64,000 bases of DNA from Marsupella aquatica (GCA_973895155.1 OZ316891.1:17854095-17918094); one strand, 5' to 3'. Counted from the stretch's first letter, positions 12,550 to 27,063 are shown. A program made the numbers and translations. The notes: generated by a model from the sequence alone, not told the origin.

Positions 12550-15500
12550 CACTACCACAGGACTCCACAAATTAAGCTCTCTCGAGCACTTAAGAGTATC
12601 GACTCCAGGCAGTAGCCAAGTATCCAAGCATGAAGCTTGCACAATAGCACTGGGTCAGAACTCAATACAAGGAGACATTTGCACACTACTGACCACCTCG
12701 ACCCCAAATTCAACAGCAAAGAGTAAAGGTCCAACGGAGGTGGACATCCGGATCTTTTTCTTACCTGTTGAGTGACTACACACTCTATAGATCTCAGCTC
12801 TTGCTATAATACAGTGCTTGACGGTCCTATGGCAAGAAATGGCGTGCCAATTGTCAATCAATTTGTTGAAATATTCCAATTGGAATCTTAAGAGTGATAG
12901 GCTCAATTTCTCAGGCAATTATAGAAAGTATTCCAATTGGAATAGTTAGAGTCATAGGCTCCTTGTTACAATTTTGAGATCATTGGGTTGGTTTTCTGGA
13001 AGTCTGAAGACTCTTATTGTACTTAATGACAGATGTTTATAACTTATAAAAATATTGCATTGCTTGGGTCATTGCTTGTTTGGAGATCAGAGTCTCGGGT
13101 GTCTGGAAGTCTGGGGACAAGGCTGTAGCTTGGCATATGAACAAACAGACCAATTATCTGTTCATCAGTTCTTTGTCTTTTCCAAAAGTCCGGTCTTTGT
13201 TTCGAGTGAGAACTTGACCAAGAGATATTACAGTAAGATCATATCCTCATCTCTAACACGCTGAGATCTGATTACAGGGGTATGTATAACCAGTCTATCT
13301 CGAATGCTTTGGTACCCCATGAACTAATTGAATTGAAATTACAATCAGGTACAATCTATGCGTGTCCCGTTCAACAATTAAGTACAAACAACAGCGGTCT
13401 GACGCTTTTGGATTGACAACACAGTGTCCAATGTCAAACTTGTCACGACGACAGTGAACTCAAGGACCATTGAACTGCATGCGGTCGAGGGTGGCAGCAG
13501 AAATTAGAGGTGGGGGCGGGGGGGGGGGCGCTCTTGTATTGTTTATTCTAGACACGATCGAGTGAGAGTAACTTTCGTGGGTCAGACATTCAGGAGGACA
13601 ACTTCAAACGCATTAACTAGAGAGCCTTTCCCCCCATTTCATTTCTTTCAGTTGATCGTGGCAGACACTCGGTATAATCTACTCAAACCAATCCCACCGT
13701 AGCACCATACAACGGAAGGCTAACAAGGAGTCTCATTGATTGAAAGTTTTATTACAGGAAGGAGGGTCATAAAGCTCACAATTCCATACCAGAGGAAGAT
13801 GGTCACATTCTGGACCTTCAGGACCATTGTAGCGTAAGTCAAAGTTCAGGCTACCTAAGCGATCAAACCATGTGAAGAGAAAGTTCTATCTTTTGGATGC
13901 TAGACTTGAAGTAAGTAACTGCCAAGAATTTCCTCATGATTGTAAACCTTTCACAATCAATTGTGATGAAAGAACAGTAGTTTAGCCCGTTTAACCAAGC
14001 TACAACTGTTCGAGATGGTCCACGCTGGTTGTAAGTAGTGCCACCTCTGAGCTTGGTCAGTCATCGTTAGTTGACAGTCCATAATGTTGTTCTCTAATTA
14101 TGTAGAGCAGGAACAAGGTATGCGGCGGCTAGTTACTTACAACCCTCAAACTTCTTCCCCAATTGCCTTTACCACCACATAGTCTAAGATTGTAGTGTTG
14201 ATCAGGGACCATCTCAACATCACTTCTTGCTCAAAAAGTAACTCAGTTACTTTGTACAAATGCTCACATCTTGGGACTGAAAAAATTCCTTGGTCCATCA
14301 GGGACTCCCTAGGTGAGACATGGTGGTCCATGGAGGCATCAACTTTTTCCCTGAAGCACTTTTCTTAACTTCTTATTCCTAGTTTTAAGGTTTGCCCACC
14401 CCTTCATCTTTAGATAGAGACAATATGCCATTCAATGTCCATCTATGTGAAGTTGGACACAAATGACTTTCTAAGTTCCTAAAAGAAAAGCTTTTCCCAT
14501 CTAATATGGATTGCACTAAGTTTTGAGGAAATTGCAGCCCTCATACACCATAAGATTGGTCTTTGAAACCTCCACGGACCACTTTCCCCAAAGTTTAGGT
14601 TAATTATGGACCCACATGGGAAGTTCATTCCTAAATTCCCGGATGCACTTGCAACCACATTAGCATGATTTGTCAACCAAATTTGACTATTTGTGTTGGA
14701 GCAAAGGCAAAGAAAAATAGTTAGACCTTGTAACTGTGAAAACAATGGAAAAATGAAAAGTAACATTTCAAGTAAAAAAAGAAAAGGGTAAAATAAGGGT
14801 GAAAGAAAATAATATTTGGATGAGTTGTGATTGATATATCAGTGTTTCTGGTAATCTGTTTCAATTTTCTATTTAATTCACACATTTTTAAGATAATGAC
14901 AAGTAGGAAGAAACTCTTCAACTAGTCTAACATTTTTCAAGGTAATGTAAGAAAACCCAAGAAACTTTTCAACTTCTCTAACATTTACCAAGATAACTTA
15001 AGAAACCTTTTGGCTACTATGAATAGAGGAGTAACAAGCAAAGGTAAGAAACACCATATTTTTCACTTATAAGTTAAGGGGATCAAACCCTAAAACATCG
15101 CACACGATGTATGGTCCTCTATATAGTGACCCCCGACCAACCCCCCCCCCCCCACCAGGGTACTAAGGGAAACATTTTGCATGGAGAATTACCCTCAGTA
15201 TTACCAGGATTTGGTTCGTTGATACAGCTCCCAGGAGAATGTACTCTTATTTGTCTTCAATGAAATTGTCCTAACTACGTTTAAACTTCACTTCATTTAG
15301 AATCCTCCATTTAATCTTTGTCCTCTCATCAATCTATTCAAATGTGCAACTCTTCATGGCTCCAAATAGTTCAATAAAACAAACTTACATAACCCAAGGG
15401 TCCTTGAACTAATTCTAATAGCTTGATATTCAATTATTTTAATAGTTTTGGAGATATGCTACAAGAGTAGGTGATCAAAGTGATAGTGAATTTTGGCCAT

Positions 15501-17550
15501 TTTGGTTAAGTTTTTCATCACACATTGAGGAGGGATAAATTCCATTAGATTATTTTTCAATGTGTTAATATGAAATATTTTTGTTTGCATTTTCTTACTT
15601 CTCCTCCTTCTCTAGTTGCCTTGCAGGTGCAAAACTAAAATGTATTTTAGGACTCAGACTCATCAAGTTATGGACCCCAAACTCCCATGGGCCACCAAAA
15701 TGTGGTGCGCAGGAGCAATGTGTCAAACATGGTGGTCTATCCTGGATTCAGTTTCAAGTTTTAGGAGTATATTTGGCAGATTCCACACAAATTCTACAAG
15801 AAAATTTAATCTTCCAAAATTGTCATTCTTGAGCCAAATATGGTCTTTTCATTCCCACTAGAGCAATCATGTTTCAAACAAACATATGCAGAGTATTACA
15901 GAATCTGAAACCCAGATGGATTGAGATGTTGTCCCTGCCCATCCCCATGGACTGCGTAAAGCAATTGCTACTTTTACACCAAAAAGAAAAAGGTACCAGT
16001 TACGGATTGCATTTGACAACTTTGACTGTGTACCTTGCAGAGAAAGTAGTCAAGACGTCATCATCTTTTTAGAAAATCACCCCAATTCAGTGTAATGGCT
16101 AAGCAATGTTGTCAGAGAAGAATAGGCTGAGCTTCTTTGTCTTGAAGCTCCGATCTTGCAAGCAAAATGGATCAATGAGATGAAATGTGTGATTGAAAAC
16201 ATTTGCGGCACTCCATTGCTCCCATATCACGGATTTGAGCATGCCACTTAAGAAATTTTCAAGTCGTCACTAAATTCATGAGTACATAAGACATTTTGAA
16301 AATGTGTGTGACATCTTGAAGACTTACTCTACAAGGTCGTCCAAGTAGTCAATTGTTAGCAACATAAACCTTACCTTTCCTTTAAACATTTTAATTTTTA
16401 TAACTTTTGGGGGCCACAAAAACCCCGTGGCAGGGGGAACCAACAGAAGCAACATAAACCTTACCTTTGAAGTTGGCAGTTTGGATTGATTTATTTGAAG
16501 AGTTTTAGATCTTCGTTTGAGCTGAGTTTTACAGCATGATCTCTCATGTCCAATCTATGCCGCCTAACAAGTTTGAGAGTTTTTAGATCATTTGCTTCAT
16601 TTTCCATGAACACAAAGATGGTCAAATATTTTAAATCATGATTCCACTTTACGCTTGGAAATTTTCTTGTGAATCAACTAAAAACACGTGTTCCTGAGTA
16701 ATTAATGGCATGACATCTTGATGACTTTGAGGTTCAAGGTTGTCAAGTCACCAAGTTACCAAGGAGACCGGTTTGGTAATGTAACTGAAACCCACTGCAA
16801 ACAGTTAGCATACGGTTTACATGCCACATTTCAGTCAAAAGTATAAACAATGTTATTTGAGTTAATTAATTTAAATCTTTTAACCAAGTCCATCCAAGCT
16901 TTGCCAGTCCATTTGGGCTCAAGAACCCTTTCCTCCCACGCGCCCCCACAGAAGTGACCATGGAAAAAGAAGAGTATTGCAAGGTGAGGAGAAAGTTTTA
17001 GTTTATAAAGTATTTCCAAAAACCCCTTAGACTGTGATTTTAAAGTTTTTGTGCCAATTGTTTTTGTTTTAGTGGATTTAGGGACATTCTGACTACCTAA
17101 AATCCTTCATCACATGTTCAGATCGGAGGTTTCCCGGTGACTTGGGGCAATGTAAGTAATCTTGACATTCTTTAGCTCAAACTGTTTCCAGTGCGACAGA
17201 TTAAATGGTTCAAAATCTGCTACATTGTCCATCTAGTTGTGAGCCTAAATGGTCTAAATTTTTGAGGTCCAAAATAGCATGTACAGTTTGTGGTTGTAGG
17301 CCTGACAAGGTCAATATCTGGCTTACATATGGTCTGTTTCTAGATGGTCAAGATGAACAAAATAGTACAGGAAGTTTTGTGGGAAAGACTTGGATATTAT
17401 TGGCTCAATGGATATGCTTTGAGGGCTTTCTAAAGGTGTTTAGAAATCACCGATTGGAGTTTGTGGTGCAAAGGAATAAAATTTTGCGTTGTTCCCAATA
17501 TTCTGGTGGAGCTTTGTGTTTGACAGTTACCCGGCCCTGAGCTCGGCCGT

Positions 17551-17805
17551 TCCCATGACCCAACCAGCTCCCAACGCTAGTCTAAGTCTTTTGTGTGCGC
17601 CACCAGCCCGGGCCACCAGCTCAGCGCATTGCCTTTGCTACTGAAACCCTTCATTGTCCACAAGTCTCCCCATACTTAATTAGTCCCCATTGGATGGCCA
17701 TCCCAAAGGGTTGGATCATAGAGGAGCTCGGTGTTAGAGTCAGCAACACTAGAGCTAAGTGGTAGGGTACTAGTCAAAATCTGCAACTTCTACTCTACCT
17801 TGAAA
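17551..17805 (+). repeat. Dispersed repeat copy B, adjacent to the gypsy remnant
   Basis: Homologous to 7797-8040. Confidence 0.75.
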
Positions 17806-17899
17806 TGTCTTTATAAAGCATGTCCTGGGGGTAGAGCGGTCAATTGGTGATGGATAGGTACGAGGGGAAACCTAGGTTGCGCCTAAGGAAGGAGTTGTT

Positions 17900-19255
17900 C
17901 TGGATAAACAGTGGACGTCGGTTCTGGTTCCGGCTTATGCATCAGGAGGACCTATCACTGACCTACTTACCAATGTCTTTTCAGCTTGAGTTAGGATGCT
18001 AGACTTGGGGAGTTCTAGATCCTAAAGGGTTACTTACCAAGACGCTTGGTTGCTTGTGTAGACAGTGAGGACCGTTGAGTAGTGGTCGTGTTGAAGAGCA
18101 AGTGCGGCTTTGTATGGGAGGGGCCACTAGGGGTGCAAGGGGCACTTTGTTGCTTGCTTGGGTATTCTATGGAGGTGTTTGGGCACCAGGGGCACTTAGA
18201 CGTGGGTGTTGGGATTGGTGAGGGCGCTGGGTGGCAAGGTCCACCACTATGCCTCACGTAGACTCTCTCCAGTCTTGCGTTGAAACTCCTGGAGACCCTT
18301 CAACTTATCGGTCCTCACACCCTGATAATTTTGCTTCAATATCCCAATGAACTCCACCATAGGGTTAAATGCTAGCGCAGCTCCAGTCCCTGCCACAATC
18401 ACACCAAAAGGAGTAGCGGTGGATGCTGCTGGAGTGCTACTAGTGGATGGTGTACCACTCTGGCTTGTGCTAATAGAAGAAGCAACAGTTGTGGCAATGG
18501 GTTGGGCAGCCGCACTAGTGCCATAGGTGATGGACACATAATTAGATGACCCTCGGGGGTTTCACTTTTACAAAATGGCACATCACGTGCGACAAAGTAT
18601 AGGGTCATTTTATTGGTTCAAAGAGAAGACTTAAGAATTTTTTGAGAAGAACAATAGGGTCTTTAAATCAAATTTTGAGACCTATAAGAACATTAGGGTC
18701 CTTGTAACCAAAATTTTGGAATTCCAACTTTATAGGGGTTGCAAAATAAATATTTTCTTATATTTTAGGGGGTCCGAGGCCTAAAACGTCATAGGTGATG
18801 GGGATGCATCCATATAGTGAGACCCCCGAGAGACAATCAATGCTGCCTCCATGCCTCAATCTCAACCAAATGAGCCTTCCAAAACTCATGGTAGTCATCC
18901 ATGGGTGGCCCCTCCAAATGTTGAAATAATCCCTTTCATGCCATGAAAGGGATAAATAATGCACGGCATTACGCGATGTCTGCATATCGCACCACGTATC
19001 AAACTCCTGGTTGAAGTCATCTAGATCAATCGTGCCAACTGCACCAGAGTATTGTCGTGGGCCCTTTGTAGCCTCGTACATCTCTTCCATATCCCACAAC
19101 AAAGGTGCAATCACCTGATGACAAGGAGAACTGGTCATAGAGTCCTTGTTAGAATCACTGTTTGAAGCTGCGCTACTGATTGCTACCAATATTGCTGGCA
19201 GAAACTGCATCCCACTCCGAGTGAAATTGGTCCGCCATCCGTCAGGTAGCCCCAT
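17900..19255 (-). mobile_element. Degenerate Ty3/gypsy LTR-retrotransposon gag remnant
   Basis: PRQYSGAVGTIDLDDFNQEFDTWCD (gag N-terminus) and LKQNYQGVRTDKLKGLQEFQRKTGESLREA (major homology region-like), broken by frameshifts, stops and an AT-rich insert. LTR boundaries not established. Confidence 0.6.
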
Positions 19256-22200
19256 AGCACCAAAAATCCATGATGACCAATCACAAAATCGTAGCCATCA
19301 ATCTAATCTATGTGCTAACCCTAATTGGGCAATTTGTCCCTGCTAGCACCACAAGCACTCACCATGGTGTGTTGGGCATCACTCCAACATCACCATGAGA
19401 GAAATACATAGCACAACTAGAGTATCCGGTTGCAAACTCAAATCACTCATATAGAATCAAACGCCCACACAAAACTAACATGGTGCGTAGGCAGGAAGCA
19501 TGTGTGGAGAGAGTTCAACAACAAGAATGAATAAACAACAACTCTCCACACCAAGAGTGATCACAAACCGATCACACAATGTTCATAATATTCAATGTAG
19601 GGCCTTCATAATAGGCCTCAAGGATCCAATGTCAAATACCCAAGAATCTATTGCAAACGAGTTCAAACAGAGTATTTAGATAGATTCAGAAGTGCATAAA
19701 ACCCCTAGGGACTCATTCCTTGGACATCAAATGTGGAAGGAAGCATGTACAATGCACCACATAAAAACTAGCTAGTTAGGCGGATGAGGGGAGGAATAGC
19801 TTTGGGATGGGTGACCTCTCACTTGTCATTATGCACCAAATCTGGCACTCAAAATTGCAACACTTGCAGATTCTCCAAGAAATTCTCCTCACGTACTCGC
19901 CCGCTCCTGCTCCGCCCTCATGCCCCTCATCCCGAGTAACCATGAGTTGCCTCGAGGCCTCTAAACGTCGAGATGAGCCAAAGAGTGAGCCCTTCACGCC
20001 CGCAACGCTTTGCTACGCCTGGGCTTAGTTCCAGGTCGACAACATTTGGTGGGCTGCCCGTCCTTGTTTCCTTCACAAAATATAGGGTGTTGTCGGTGCA
20101 CGTTTTGAGCTTCCGCCGTCGACTTTGCTATGTATTTTGCAGCACTCGTGCCTATTTCTTCACAAAAATGCAAGTTCAGTTTGTTCTTGTACAGCCGGCG
20201 ATCGACACTCTCAAAATGTGTCACATGGTTTAGAGTGTCTTCGATGTCGATTCATCAACATTCGCAACTACTTCCTTCACAAAAATGGCAGATTCACGTA
20301 CGATGACTATATAGGCATCGCCGACCAAAAAATGACTTCTTTCAAAATCAATTTCCTTCACATAACAGCCAACCAACGCATCTTGTACTTATCCGGCTCA
20401 ATGAACGTAGATTGAACATTCAACCTCCATAGAACACTGCCGCACCTTATTTGGTTGCAGCCAATCAATACAACTCAAACACATTGATCGACAACCAAGG
20501 AACACAAACCATTTGCATAACTGTCGACAAATTTGTGCATACACGCTACAGATCTGTCGAACCTCCAACTCTAGATCCGCTCAAGAATCAAACTCACACG
20601 ACCTTAACTTGGATCGACATACTAGCAATCCAATCAAGCAATACGATGCCCGATTCAAGATACCACAAACCGTCGCCAAACACCATCAAACTGGAAATCA
20701 AAGCTCTGTCCAACTGCAACAGAGTTTGAGCTACTTAGATCTTTCGATGTAATCTCAATTCGAACGAACCACGATCGACGCCAAAATGCACTCAATCCCG
20801 TCCGATCCGATCACACACATATGTCGAGCCAACGCACCTTGCACTCAAGGAATCCACGCTACATAGAGAGAGCTCTCAGCCACCATAGCCACCACCCGAG
20901 CTCTCCTCTCCAAGGCTCAATATCAAAAGATAACCTTTCGATGCCTCACAAGAGAGACCTACCCTCTCACACAAACCTAGCAGAACCTTATTGGCTCATA
21001 TAGCACACATACCAAACATACGAATCTAGATAGTACAATACACTCTAACACTACCTAGAATGATGTGACACTATCTACCTCCAGCGAAATCCAAGTACTA
21101 GCTGGACGTTGTGAACTTTTCATCAATTTGGGTTAAGTTCTCCCGCTTTTCCTTGTTTAACTTCACTGGAAATGGGGGATGCAGGATTTGTGAGCAATCA
21201 TCAACCATGTGACTTGGAACTAAAATTGTTGAAAGGGCAAGCGTATGTTACTTGGAATGATTTTAATTCTAGAGCATTGGATGAACATGAGGCCAAAGCA
21301 GGATGGAGTTTCTCCAAAGTTGCTAGGAATAAAACCAGATTCATTAGTAAGTACGTGCAAAGGGTTTGACGGGAATGATTTGAGCTTTTGCAAAGCTGAA
21401 CTTTAAATGTGAGGCACATGAAGGGAAGTGGCAGAGTTTGCATACAAAAAAACTACCTTATCCACACCTGTTCACAATCATCATACGAGTGGAGACATGG
21501 TGCTCATAAGAATTGATGGGTAGAGGAAAAGGTCCAGTCAAGCAGTCAAACACGTCCAACAAAGACTTGAGAGGCCACATTTGTGACATCCATTCTGCTG
21601 ACACTACTGTATGGATTGCACATCGAGCACGATGTAAAGTCATTTGAATGCTTGGTGGTGTTCAGGCCACATCCTTTCAGATGATTCTAGCATATGTGGC
21701 TATGCCGACCCTGGCTCACCTATGTTGTACAAAACTTATGAGACTAGCTGATAATTGATTCTGCAGAATCTTTATGGCACCAACGATCTTCACAAAAATG
21801 CCTTCATCCACATTTGACCTTTTGTTGGGATGGATGCTACGCACACAGGTTGTCACACCAATGAATCGGTCACTAAGTGTGTTTTCTACCCATGAGACAT
21901 AAAGTTCTTCAATTGTTAGTAATTGAGGGTACGTTCGGGCAAGGAGCAATGTGCACCATACTACATTTACAACGGACTAGTGCTAAGTGCGACTCACTAT
22001 AAGTATATATTCCTCAGGCATAGTTTTTGTCCCGTCGCCTAAACTTACCCATACATGTTTGATTCCTCGATCAGTCCCGACTGAGGGACTTCTAAGCCTT
22101 GTGCTTGCTTGCCTTCCATCCCCGGATATGGGATGTGTCCGCCAACCTGAACTTGTGGCCTCTATCCAATCTGCACGCGGTGTGTACTGAGATGTTGCTC

Positions 22201-23528
22201 CTGGCTCAGCTTAATTTGCCAACCTGGATACGAGACAACATTATTGCACCCAACACATACAAAGTACAACATACAGCTAGTCTCAGTTTACACAAAGGAA
22301 ATGGTGGGAAAAGACTTTACTTTTCAAACTTGGTATACATATACACATGGTTCCATCTTAGTTATCAGTCACTTTCATCAGTCAATCTGATCGGGAACCT
22401 GATATCAACTACCACCTCATCTCAAAGAGCCTGCCAAGTTGTGGTGCAAGAAAAAAAATTTGAGGGAGAACGTAACCCATGTTTTAAGGGAGAACGCAAC
22501 TCATGTTTTGTCCAGCTGGCTGGGTCCATGTCGAAATGCATCCTTGATGTCTGTGATCACTCTCTTCTTCTCCTCTTTAGAAAGCTTTGCCCATTCAACA
22601 CCTCTAGGGAAGTTAGTGGCCACAATGTGCTTTATGGCGCTCTTAGCCCCTGTGTAAGCTAGCTTAGAAGGAATGCCATGGGCCTCTAAAAGAAGGATAG
22701 GGAGCTTCTTTCGCTCCTCCTCCTACTTCCACCGCTTCTCTCTGCTCTTTTGAATCTCATCCTTCTCCTCCCTTTCGAGTGTTGCAACCAGATAAGGTAC
22801 CCCTCACAGATATCATGTATCAGTCGAAGATATCAGTGATTACAAATAGGATTGGAAGTGACTCAGCGAGGTCGCCAAGTTGTGGACTTAGAGTAAATTG
22901 AAGCCATCATGTTTTGAAGGACTCGGCGAGGGTCACCAACTGTCGCTCAAAGTGAGTCATGCAATGAGGTCACTGAGTTGTGGATTTAGAGCATTGAAGC
23001 TATTATTGAAGGACTTTGGTGAGGGTTGCCGAAGGGACTCAGTGAGGCCGCTGAAGGGATGTATGCGCTCGACAAGGATACAGACAAAGCTCAATTGGTA
23101 TTAGTGACTGATTACTTATATACCAGTTTACAACCTCCCTCTTTTTGTCTTTTTTTCTCTAGGGCCTGAGGAGAGAGGACATATATGCCAGAGGTACATA
23201 TATGCAAGGGGTACACATTTTCTCCATCAATGGTCAAGGAAAACAGCCAATTGAATCCAACGACTTTTTTGTATATATTGGGATGAAGGACAACAAAAGA
23301 CGAGATCCCTTATTATAGTTGTAAATATATATACCACCATGACACTTTGGGTCACCAGGTATTTGTATCTTGGGACAGGCAAGGACAAAGAGACGGAAGG
23401 AAAGAGAGAAGTATTGTTCCTCAAGCCATCATCTCATTAATGTAGCTGGAGAGTTTGATTGGCTGGATTGGCCACAAATTCAGGACCAGCTACAGCATAA
23501 AATGAAGGTAAAAGAAATTCTGCTCATC

Positions 23529-23607
23529 TCCTCGTTGTCTCCACGCAAAATCGATCCTCGTTGTCTCCACGCGAAATCGTTTCCTCGTTGTCTCCACGCC
23601 AAATCGT
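23529..23607. repeat. 26-27-bp tandem repeat, 3 copies
   Basis: TCCTCGTTGTCTCCACGC(A/G/C)AAATCG occurs three times. Confidence 0.9.
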
Positions 23608-24302
23608 CTCTTGTGCTCAAACTATTCTGTGGCGTTACTTTCAAGAGACTAGGTGCTATTGTCCTGCAATATCTACCAGGTCTAATACAATGTAACATCA
23701 TGACACTGTACATTTACTTTTTCAACCGTGCGTATGCATTGACTGTTTCAGAATGCAGCACATGTCAGGATGGGCAAGACGTAGAAAATCATGTACGCCT
23801 GCCTAGTCGGCCATCCCCGCAAAGAGAAGGAATAATCATAAGAGGAAGGCCTACAGTAGCTGCCCGCAGTGTGTAAGATACATGCAGATTAGATCTAACG
23901 GCGCTCAGATTGTACACATTAGCCTCAGAAAAACGTTTCTTGCCCTGCTAATGGCGACCACACTGTAACACAGTACAACGATCCAAAATTACTGGAAACC
24001 AGCCCCGAGCAAGATCAGGCTGGTAACTTCCAACAAAGAATGTGACCTTCGTTCATTGTGAAACTTGTAGCTCAAAACGAGTCGACTGCAACTTCGTCTG
24101 TGATCGACAAGTTATAAATCACATGTCACAAAGTTTGGAGTATCAATCCAAATTATTTCGAATATTTTGCAGCTGGGGACTCACTGCAATGTTCACGACC
24201 CCGGAGCAAATCTGAAAACGCAATCTGTCGCCAACGCTTGATCATCGAGGCGGGAAGCTTGGCTTTACTGTTGTGAATATCTTACTCTTTGCTGCATTCA
24301 AG

Positions 24303-25833
24303 ATGGACTCCCAGTCAGGATATAGAGAGCTCTCTCGATCTTGGCCATTTGGGGTGAACGACTCTAATTTCAACCGAGTTTCTGCCTTTTTCCTGATAAT
24401 GTGTTCGGTTTGTTGCTCGTACTATTTTGCGTATGTCTGGCGAAGACCTGTGCGAGGACCGGTGGAGAAAGCAGGGCCGGCGCCTGAAGATCCTTCTAAT
24501 GTGGCTGAAGCCAAGATGAATGCCGCCCTTGCTGCGCGCTCTCGGTGAGTGCCAAGAGTGTGTTCTCCTCTTCATTTCATGGGTTAGAGAAAATTAAACG
24601 GGGTTGATCTGGGGTTCAGTTGGCCAAAAAGTCCCCCTAAGGATGAATTCCTGTACTTGGTGCATGTCCGGCCCCAAGCACGCGTGCTATCGGAAATGAG
24701 GTTATCACCCGTTCTGTCGATCAGGTTGCTTTATAGAGGATCTGAAACATGCCTGGCAGGATTGATTAATTAGTACCCGACAGTGCTGAATGTCATTGCT
24801 TTGGAGAAAGATGAAAACCTTCGAATCCATCAGACATATATTTACTTGAATACTGGTGCGCATCTGCATATGAAGACAAACCACAAAAGCCACTCGTGAA
24901 TGGAGCCGCCATTTGAAACGCCATTGCCTAAATAAAATTCTGTAGCTCGCTCCACAATAAGTCAACGGCCTGTGACGATAGTGGGACGCAAGCTAGAGGA
25001 CCCCTCGGCGAAGCTTCAAGATGCACACAATTCATTGCACCTCCTCCCTAGCAGGTTCTAGCTTTGTCATTGAGCAGTCGTTTGACACAATCTCGGTGCA
25101 TTTCAAATGAAGGTGGGAAATTTGGTGCTGGATGTTTGATAGTGCCACAAGCCACCCGGCACAGAGGAGTTGACGTGTCTATCAAATCGCATTCCTGCTT
25201 TAGCTTTCGTCATAAACCTTTGGCATGCAGGTAATTGTGTGGTTCGAGGATTGGAAATTTCTTGACAATACTAAATTGAACTGTCGTTCTCCACTGTCTA
25301 GTTTATTTACCTGACTTGACTTGCATCATCATTAATGCCACGTTTATTCGATCATTCATGATAGGCAGGAGGCTTTTGACAAATCTGGAGCAGAGGAAGA
25401 AGCAAGGAAGATAGCAGCCGAGCGAGCTGCAAGGAAGTCAGCAGAATTCACCAAGCCATGGCCTCGGCACCGCGGCAAGGGAGACAACCCACTTCACGTA
25501 CGTATGGCACATTCTTCGTCACAGCATAAGTGGATATCCAATCGTTGCACGCAATTTCTTTTACGATAGATTGATTTGTTAGTTAGCACTTCATTGATTT
25601 ATTGCATTGCCATTGCACCGGGTTGTTAGACGCGAAATCAGCTCAAACGATGAAATATTTAAATTATGAAAACCAGTGTAGTCTTAAAGACCAGGATATT
25701 GGACCGGTTGGGTACGTGAAATGAGCTCCAAAGGTGAGGCATTATTGTAAAATCCACTGTATCCATAAAGACGACGATATTGGGTGGTTTGCAGTGGCAG
25801 GCAGGATCAGCGACCCGGAGAGGCTTTACTTGA
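24303..25833 (+). CDS. SVIP-like small protein, copy 2 (137 aa, with a hydrophobic N-terminal extension)
   Basis: Exons 24303-24544, 25365-25497 and 25795-25833 have the same intron positions and phases as copy 1. They read AKMNAALAARSR/QEAFDKSG...GKGDNPLH/WQAG. The last intron is visibly homologous to that of copy 1 (TGAAATGAGCTCCA...TGGTTTGCAG). Confidence 0.75.
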
Positions 25834-26562
25834 GTATGAAGACGATCAATTGACTCCGGGAAGCAGGCAAGCATGCATTTCAATGCTGACGGACTGTTGG
25901 CAGGCGCTCGCTGCCGAATCGAATACTCTGGACATACAGACGAAGATTTGTAGACTGAAGACAACCTTGAATGACGTCGACTTGGATCACTCATACAAAA
26001 GATCACCATATCCTTCAGAAGTTCTTGGTCTTCATTTGCTCACATCCTGCATTATCTTACGATCTTTGATTCACACGTTGGCTGGAATGCAAGGAAATTT
26101 CATTTTTGATAGTTGAAGAGTTTCAGGCCCATTTCTTGTGGCTGAGCTATGCTGCCAGTCCAGAGCTCTTGAACTAAGATATGCAAATTTCGGGCTATTG
26201 GATTCAGGCAAGCACGTATGTATTGGACTCTAGTTTCACGGAGGAGAATGAAATGCTAGCTTTGATGGGTGAATCTTGTCTTATTGATATTTTGTCTTAT
26301 TGATATTTTTGGTCATATATTTTTATTTCAATGTGCCTTTTCTAGGTGTATCATTTGTGTTATGTAGATTAACAATGAATTAGGGGCCCCTTTTAATTTT
26401 TTGTTGTTTTAGAGTATTTTGAGTTCATTTTGACAACTTCTTCACTTTTTAATCTTTGCTATCCCAAGCATATACTTTACCACTGACTTTAAACTTCTAC
26501 TAGTTGAGAGAAGAAGTTTACCTGTTCTGTTCTAACTAGCCCCATGCCCGTGCATTGCACAA

Positions 26563-26787
26563 AAGATGTTGAGGTGAGGGTAAGATTTCAAGTGAGGGCA
26601 AGATGTTGAGGTGAGGGCAAGATTTCTAGGTGAGGGCAAGACGTCGAGGTGAGGGCAAGATTCCGAGTGAAGGCAAGATTCCGAGTGAAGGCTCGATGTC
26701 AAGGTGAATGCAACATTTTGAGGTGAGGGCAAGATGTGGAGGTGAGGGCAAGATGTTGAGGAGATGCGAAGATGTAGGCAAGGGCTA
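26563..26787. repeat. 18-19-bp minisatellite, about 12 copies (AAGATGTTGAGGTGAGGGC)
   Basis: Directly visible periodic units just outside the CACTA-1 left end. Confidence 0.9.
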
Positions 26788-27063
26788 GATGTCAATAAGA
26801 GGCAAAAAAGGTCCTCTTGGGTTCGGCCTATTTCCGAATGTCACGCGATTGACATGGCACTAGAAGGAAATCGGGATTTTATCACTACCTAATTCACTTG
26901 TTTCAGAGTGATAACGGACAATTTACAACTCAATGGTTTGAGTGCACTAATGTCAGTCGCTTTAGACAACTAGTCGTATTGAGCATGAAGTCGTTTATAA
27001 CAAGTACTCAAAATGTATGAGTGGTTTACATCACCGTCGGTTTCAACCCAACGGTCTTAAATA

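Noticed and set aside
13600-14770. Possible LINE ORF1 remnant
   Set aside because: Only vague similarity and no diagnostic motif.
15581-16350. Possible decayed DNA transposase or zinc-finger fragment (KCGAQEQCVKHGG)
   Set aside because: Too short and disrupted to assign.
19340-21060. Putative PBS/LTR and a CpG-rich repeat-like block next to the gag remnant
   Set aside because: No paired LTR or TSD is visible in the window, so boundaries cannot be supported.
21172-21960. Possible MULE/FAR1-like transposase remnant
   Set aside because: One weak N-terminal resemblance; catalytic motifs and TIRs not found.
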